Origin: Candidatus Alcium sp. F082
GTDB lineage: Bacteria; Bacteroidota; Bacteroidia; Bacteroidales; F082
Assembly: GCA_001543395.1 (NCBI GenBank)
Contig: LPNG01000001.1
Span: 87,760 to 151,759 of the forward strand
Length of the DNA: 64,000 nt
Reading direction: 5' to 3'
Below are positions 59,304-64,000 of the stretch, piece after piece. The position numbers and the translations under genes were made by a program. Positions within the stretch are counted from its first letter, which is position 1. Every line of letters starts with the position of its first letter. The notes under the pieces are model-generated. The model was not told the DNA's origin, did no database searches, and worked only from the letters and a program-made list of their open reading frames with translations.

Positions 59304-61007
59304 TCAATACTTTGATAAAAAACCCAGCAAACTCACATCTTCACCAGTGAGATTCAAGGATTTGCGCAAACGTTTTCTGGCGGTCTTCACTGAATCGACG
59401 GAAATTCCATTGATAGTGGCAATTTCCTTGATACTCAAGTTAGATTTGATGAAAGCGCAAAGCCTAAGTTCGTTTGGAGTGAGGTTTGGAAAGTCGGTCA
59501 ACAATTTTTGGTAGAAATCGGGGTGCATTTGCACGAAATGCAGGTCGAAATCTTTCTTCGTGTCGGCATCTATAAGGGTTTTCAGGTCGCGGATAACGCC
59601 GGGCAACACGTTATTCTCGGGATGTTCCTCCATTTCGGTCAGCTTTTCGATGGCATTGTTCAGCATTTCGTTGCTTTGTATTTTATCCATCGATTTAGCT
59701 GTGATTTCGCGGTTACGCAATGCCAATTCCGAGGCCAAGCGTTTCTTGTTCAGCAAGATGAGGATGGCCACCAATGTGGCAATTATCGTTATGAAAACAG
59801 CTAAAATAATGATAATCAATTGCTTTTGCTGAAAAGCCTGCTGTTGCAGTTCGTATTGCTTTTCCATTTGTGTTGCCTCATGCTGGTATTGCTGCTCTTG
59901 CACTTTCAAAAGGTTTTCGCGATTGTTGATGGTGTCGGTCAAAATGTTGAAATAGCGCAAGTTCTCCACTTCCCTTTCATAATCCTTCATGTTTTCTAAT
60001 ATATCCGATTTCAGTTTTACAGCAAACCATTCAGAGTATATATCTTCAAAATTTCTTGAGATGATAATGGCCGTATCAATAAGGCAAAGTGCAGTTTCAT
60101 ATAGGCCTTTCCCATTATTGGCATCTGCATCGTGCAAGTAATTGACGCAAAACTGCTTCTTGTCATCAAACTTTTCCAATAATACTCGGGACTCTTTCAA
60201 ACATTGCAAAGCATCATCCCATTGTTCCAAATCCAAATAACATACCGCCTTGGTTTGGTAAGTTTTTATGAGAATGTCTTGAACTACCCGATCCTTTACA
60301 CCTGCTTTTGGCATATACCGAATAATGGAATCAAGATAATAAAAAGCGGAATCATATTGTTTTAATTGCTGAAATGAAGATGCAATATTAAGAATGGCAT
60401 TTTTATCATCAGCCAATATCATCTTAAACTGTACTATGGCATCTTCAAATCTTTCCATACGCATCAATAAAGCCCCATAGTTATTGTGAAAACTAGACTG
60501 TAATTTTTCAAAACCATTGTTTTCAGCAAGTTCCAAGCCTCTATCAATATAGCTTTGGCATTCAGGAAACTGATTATTCCTAAAATAAAAAGCACTTTTA
60601 GCGAGACATATCCGAGTAAGCAAGAGTTGTGTTCGTGTTGTTTCCCGCAGAGTTTCTGTTATTTGCAAAGATTTGTTTATCAAAGGCAAATTTTCAGAAA
60701 AAAGATTGCTTTCGTATGCACACAAACTCTTGTAATACAAGCTCACCGCCTTCCAATATCTATCTTTAATCTCATCTGACAATGCAGCCAATTCATTTAT
60801 ATATGTTTCGGCTTCCAAAATCCGTCGCTCGTCGAAATAAAACCTTATCGCCGCTTCCAAAGCTTCGGCTCTGTTCAAATCAGTCTTTCGGAATTCCTTC
60901 AGCCGTCCCACCAACGAATCCGGCAAGGACAAAGGAGAACTATCCTCTTGGGCGAAAGCACTCAAAGCGAACAAAACAAGAAAAAGGAGAAGAAAGTATT
61001 TTTTCAT
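59304..61007 (-). CDS. TPR-repeat / single-TM / LuxR(GerE)-type HTH transcriptional regulator
   Basis: Signal peptide; TPR-like helical repeats; TM segment LIIIILAVFITIIATLVAILILL; C-terminal LTPNELRLCAFIKSNLSIKEIATINGISVDSVKTARKRLRKSL. Confidence 0.75.
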   Translation of the reverse strand: MKKYFLLLFLVLFALSAFAQEDSSPLSLPDSLVGRLKEFRKTDLNRAEALEAAIRFYFDERRILEAETYINELAALSDEIKDRYWKAVSLYYKSLCAYESNLFSENLPLINKSLQITETLRETTRTQLLLTRICLAKSAFYFRNNQFPECQSYIDRGLELAENNGFEKLQSSFHNNYGALLMRMERFEDAIVQFKMILADDKNAILNIASSFQQLKQYDSAFYYLDSIIRYMPKAGVKDRVVQDILIKTYQTKAVCYLDLEQWDDALQCLKESRVLLEKFDDKKQFCVNYLHDADANNGKGLYETALCLIDTAIIISRNFEDIYSEWFAVKLKSDILENMKDYEREVENLRYFNILTDTINNRENLLKVQEQQYQHEATQMEKQYELQQQAFQQKQLIIIILAVFITIIATLVAILILLNKKRLASELALRNREITAKSMDKIQSNEMLNNAIEKLTEMEEHPENNVLPGVIRDLKTLIDADTKKDFDLHFVQMHPDFYQKLLTDFPNLTPNELRLCAFIKSNLSIKEIATINGISVDSVKTARKRLRKSLNLTGEDVSLLGFLSKY

Positions 61008-61032
61008 GGAGATATGCTATCTTTTGCTGAGG

Positions 61033-61040
61033 CAAAGGTA
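61033..61040 (-). promoter_or_regulatory. Candidate -7 box TACCTTTG
   Basis: 26 nt upstream of the ATG at 61007. Confidence 0.45.
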
Positions 61041-61167
61041 CAACTTTCTTCCAAAACAACATCTGTTTCAAAATCACTGATAATAATTGGATTAGCAAAA
61101 CTATTTTTTCTTTTTGTGGAATTTTGTTTTGGTTTTTTGCGGTGTTTTACTCTTGCTTTTTACGCAA

Positions 61168-61956
61168 TCAATGACACCATTCCGGTCTCCGTTTCTCGAA
61201 AAACGCCTTCATGCCCTCTTGGCCTGCCTCGGAGATGCGTTGGTTGGCGATGAGGACCGAAGTGTCGTGAAAGACGGGGTTGAAAGTATCATTGGTGCCA
61301 CTCACCAGGCGAAGCAGGTTCTTGCACTCGGCGATGGCGTCGGGCGAGGCGTGCATGAAATGCTCAATGTATTGACGTTCCGTGTCAACCATCTCAGCCT
61401 CATCGACGACGGCATTCACTAATCCAAAGGCTTTGGCCTCTTCGGCGGTGAAACGACGTCCAGTAAGCATCAGCTCTTTGGCAGCGGTGTTGCCTATGCG
61501 GCTTACCACAAAAGGTGAGATGGTGGCAGGCGTTAGACCCAAGCGCACCTCAGTGAAGGCAAACTTGGTCTGTCGCTCGGCAATCACGATATCGGCGGCA
61601 GCGATGATGCCGTTGGCCCCACCGATGCATGCGCCGTGAACGTCGACGATGACCGCCTTATTGCAGAAATATATCGTTTGAAACAGCTTCGACAGCTTTT
61701 CGGCATCAGCGATATTTTGGTTGTAGCTGAATCCCGCCATCGCTTTCATATACTCAAGGTCGGCACCGGCACAAAAAGCCTTGCCGTTGCCTTTGAGAAT
61801 GACGACACGGATGTCGTCGCGGCTGTTGAGCCATTCGAAGACCTCGGTCAGCTCGTGTATCAATTCGGCATTCAACGCGTTGCGCACCTCGGGGCGGTCG
61901 AGGTTGATCCAGGCCATGCTTTCGCCCAATTGTATCTTTATCGTTTTGAAATCCAT
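61168..61956 (-). CDS. Enoyl-CoA hydratase/isomerase (crotonase) family protein
   Basis: VVILKGNGKAFCAGADL oxyanion-hole motif and crotonase-length core. Confidence 0.85.
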   Translation of the reverse strand: MDFKTIKIQLGESMAWINLDRPEVRNALNAELIHELTEVFEWLNSRDDIRVVILKGNGKAFCAGADLEYMKAMAGFSYNQNIADAEKLSKLFQTIYFCNKAVIVDVHGACIGGANGIIAAADIVIAERQTKFAFTEVRLGLTPATISPFVVSRIGNTAAKELMLTGRRFTAEEAKAFGLVNAVVDEAEMVDTERQYIEHFMHASPDAIAECKNLLRLVSGTNDTFNPVFHDTSVLIANQRISEAGQEGMKAFFEKRRPEWCH

Positions 61957-61962
61957 AGAATT

Positions 61963-62001
61963 CAGTTGTTCAGTTGGAAGTTGTTCAGTTGTTCAGTTAG
62001 G
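61963..62001. repeat. AGTT-type tandem repeat, 39 nt, identical to 25727..25765, followed by gagttgaga
   Basis: Base-by-base identical to the copy 36 kb away. Begins 7 nt upstream of the crotonase ATG. Confidence 0.85.
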
Positions 62002-62091
62002 AGTTGAGAATGCAATATTCGTGAAAAATTGGCAATCTGGCGCAATCATTCCGCAAAAAATTCGTTTCTTTGCAAACGAAAACAGAAAAAG

Positions 62092-62544
62092 ATGGACGAC
62101 AACCTCAACAACGGCCTCGACGACTTGCTGAACATGTTCAAGAAACTGATGGAGAATCAGGATTTGGACGCCATCCCGGGTATCAACGAAGAGCAGAAAG
62201 AACAGCTGAAAATGTTCTTGGAGGACTTCGACGAGATGAAGGATGAGATGAAGGTGGAGATCTACAAGTTGGACCCGTTCACTAAGCAAATGATAGAGAT
62301 GGTGATGGGACAACTGAAGAACTTCTCCGGCGAAGGCATGCCTGCCACACAGCAGGAAACCACGCCCCAGGAGCCGCCTGTCAACAAGGAGAAGCAGTTG
62401 ACCGACATCCCTGGTACCACCGAGAACCTTGAGGCCAGAATAGAAGCCATCGACAAGCAGTTGCGCCAGTCGGACCTCACCGACGAAGAGATCAACCGTT
62501 TGTTGGATGAGCGGAGAGCTATTATGAAGGAGTTGAGAGTTTAG
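62092..62544 (+). CDS. Acidic helical hypothetical protein, 150 aa
   Basis: Start at the ATG at 62092 (MDDNLNNGLDDLLNMFKKLMENQ...). No motif recognised. Confidence 0.55.
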   Translation: MDDNLNNGLDDLLNMFKKLMENQDLDAIPGINEEQKEQLKMFLEDFDEMKDEMKVEIYKLDPFTKQMIEMVMGQLKNFSGEGMPATQQETTPQEPPVNKEKQLTDIPGTTENLEARIEAIDKQLRQSDLTDEEINRLLDERRAIMKELRV

Positions 62545-62565
62545 GGTTTAGAGTTTAGAGTTTGA
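62531..62565. repeat. AGTT-type heptamer tandem repeat (agttgag agtttag ggtttag agtttag agtttga)
   Basis: Overlaps the last codons and stop of the 62092..62544 ORF and the leader of the next gene. Confidence 0.75.
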
Positions 62566-62579
62566 AAGCATTATCACAT

Positions 62580-63278
62580 ATGAAGAAAGTATTATTCACA
62601 CTTATCGCGATGGTCGTTTCGATGACCTCTTTCGCCCAACTCATTGCCAACAAGACGGACAACAAAATTACCCTTGGCATTGACCTGTTCAGTGACTTGC
62701 AGCTGAAGACCAGTGACAACTGGGATGCCCGTGGCTTCAACCAAGGCGTGGGCTTAGGCCTGACCTACAACTTCCCTTTGGGTGAGAGCACGAAGCATAC
62801 TGTCAGCATCGGTGCAGGTATGTCGTCGCACAACTATTTCTCGTACAACCGTATCTCGAACCCCTATGCCGACACGTTGGTCCTCTCCGATTCGTATCGT
62901 GGCAACGAGAAGTTCAAGCGCGCCAAGGTCAACCCGACCTATCTGGAAGTGCCGCTCGAGCTGCGTTTCCGTATCAAGGACGCCGTGAAGATCGGCGTGG
63001 GCTTCAAGATTGGCATCATGGTGGCAGCAAAGACGAAATATGTGGGTCCCGACCCCACCGAAGGTGCTGTGCTGACCAACGACAACGGTTCCATCGTACA
63101 TGAGAAATACTGTTACATCAACAACCTGGAGCGCTATGCCTATTCGGCCACGCTGCGTGTGGGTTGGAGATGGGTGAGTGCCTTTGCCGCCTATCAGATT
63201 TCGCCCGTCTTCGCTGTTGGCCACAATGCCCCTGAGATTCACCCGCTGTCGGTTGGCTTGACTTTCGCTCCGTTCTGA
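62580..63278 (+). CDS. Outer-membrane beta-barrel protein (porin-family/PorT-like)
   Basis: Start at the ATG at 62580 (MKKVLFTLIAMVVSMTSFAQ signal peptide). Alternating-strand pattern, C-terminal ...LSVGLTFAPF. Confidence 0.65.
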   Translation: MKKVLFTLIAMVVSMTSFAQLIANKTDNKITLGIDLFSDLQLKTSDNWDARGFNQGVGLGLTYNFPLGESTKHTVSIGAGMSSHNYFSYNRISNPYADTLVLSDSYRGNEKFKRAKVNPTYLEVPLELRFRIKDAVKIGVGFKIGIMVAAKTKYVGPDPTEGAVLTNDNGSIVHEKYCYINNLERYAYSATLRVGWRWVSAFAAYQISPVFAVGHNAPEIHPLSVGLTFAPF

Positions 63279-64000
63279 TGGATTCAGGGTGGATTGTAGC
63301 CGAGGCCGAACGCATGGGCTTCGACGCCTGCGGCATTGCTCAGGCGACGGCCCTGGAAGAAGAGTCGGCCCACGTCGAGCAGTGGCTTGAGAGCGACTGC
63401 GAAGGCGAGATGGGCTACCTGACCCGCAACAAGGAGAAACGCTACGACCCCCGTCTTTTGGTGGAAGGCACCAAAAGCATCGTCACCGTACTTTACAACT
63501 ACTATCCAAAAAAGCGTATTGGCGATTCTGACAAGTTCAAAATCGCCAAATATGCATATGGTGCCGACTACCACGATGTGTTGAAACGAAAGATGCATCA
63601 GCTCTTGGAAGGTATTGAGGCTCAGACGGGCAAACTGGAAGGCACACGTCTTTTTGTGGACTCGGCGCCCGTGCTCGACCGCGCCTGGGCGGTGCGTTGC
63701 GGTTTGGGATTTATCGGCAAAAACACCACCTTGATCCATCCCAAGAAAGGCTCTTTCTTCTTTATCGGACACCTTTTTTTACCCATAGAATTGGAGGGGA
63801 CGGGGAAACCTTTGACCAACTGCTGCGGACGCTGCACGAAATGCTTGGACGCTTGTCCTTCAGGCGCTTTGGAGGCTCCCTTCCACATCGATGCGCGCAA
63901 GTGCATCTCCTATCTTACCATCGAATACAAAGGCAGCCTTGCAGGCATTGACCCCAAGACCTTCAACGGTTGGATGTATGGTTGCGACATCTGCCAAGAC
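63278..64000 (+). CDS. queG: Epoxyqueuosine reductase QueG, 3' end beyond the window
   Basis: Not in the track (no in-window stop). Hand translation from the ATG at 63278 (overlapping the previous TGA) gives ...KIAKYAYGADYHDVLK...VDSAPVLDRAWAVRCGLGFIGKNTTLIHPKKGSFFFIGHLF...CGRCTKCLDACP...YGCDICQD, which has the QueG core and 4Fe-4S motifs. Confidence 0.85.
   Translation, partial: MDSGWIVAEAERMGFDACGIAQATALEEESAHVEQWLESDCEGEMGYLTRNKEKRYDPRLLVEGTKSIVTVLYNYYPKKRIGDSDKFKIAKYAYGADYHDVLKRKMHQLLEGIEAQTGKLEGTRLFVDSAPVLDRAWAVRCGLGFIGKNTTLIHPKKGSFFFIGHLFLPIELEGTGKPLTNCCGRCTKCLDACPSGALEAPFHIDARKCISYLTIEYKGSLAGIDPKTFNGWMYGCDICQD

Noticed and set aside
62541-62547. TTTAGGG (plant-telomere-like) heptamer
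   Set aside because: It is a single variant unit inside the AGTT-type heptamer array, so it is coincidental.
1-64000. CRISPR arrays, rRNA/tRNA genes, integrases, transposases, prophage genes
   Set aside because: I looked for regularly spaced direct repeats with unique spacers, tRNA-like cloverleaf regions in the intergenic gaps, and recombinase motifs in all track ORFs, and recognised none. Visual inspection cannot exclude a small ncRNA.

Overview
This 64-kb window looks like a Bacteroidota chromosome, probably Bacteroidales (Prevotella/Porphyromonas-like). The evidence is five proteins ending in T9SS C-terminal sorting domains, many TAnnTTTG -7 boxes 20-50 nt upstream of start codons, and no Shine-Dalgarno usage. 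All calls come from reading the sequence and the ORF track; no searches were run. About 50 genes are supported, mostly on the minus strand. Two edge-truncated genes are missing from the track: a GltD-like Fe-S/FAD oxidoreductase (1..2349, -) and queG (63278..64000, +). Housekeeping genes include hypB, a PduO-type adenosyltransferase, NifU-like and Mrp/ApbC proteins, a nitroreductase, an EamA transporter, elbB, a 5'-nucleotidase, a YpfJ-like peptidase and a crotonase. The accessory surface arsenal consists of a C10 (streptopain-like) peptidase, a C25 (gingipain-like) peptidase with five InlB-B-like repeats, and a roughly 3,460-aa beta-helix adhesin split by a 1-nt frame break. The most interesting region is an AT-richer block at about 3.1-18.1 kb. 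It holds a tightly packed minus-strand operon (15821->6383). That operon joins a soluble triple-domain FtsK/EssC-like ATPase, a coiled-coil protein, a WXG100-like helical protein and an FtsA paralog to a stand-alone E1 (ThiF), E2 (UBC-like) and JAB/JAMM module. The E1-E2-JAB module also carries a tandem Zn-ribbon protein and three small proteins sharing an [YF]N-x-x-TG[DE]F motif; two of those three are below the track's size cutoff. Two Sel1-repeat proteins and an HExxH protein follow downstream, and a WG-repeat Ser/Thr kinase lies upstream. I found no canonical GG-terminated Ubl and no classical effector, and I do not recognise this gene combination as a described system. Non-coding structure includes a four-copy 130-155-bp nested-palindrome (MITE/REP-like) family and a related hairpin inserted in frame in a DNA-alkylation-repair gene. 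There are also AGTT-type heptamer tandem repeats, including a 39-nt stretch identical at two loci 36 kb apart. A ~62-nt direct repeat brackets a DUF4143-type ATPase gene, and two conserved motifs are shared between sub-operon leaders. No rRNA, tRNA, CRISPR array, integrase or transposase was recognised.
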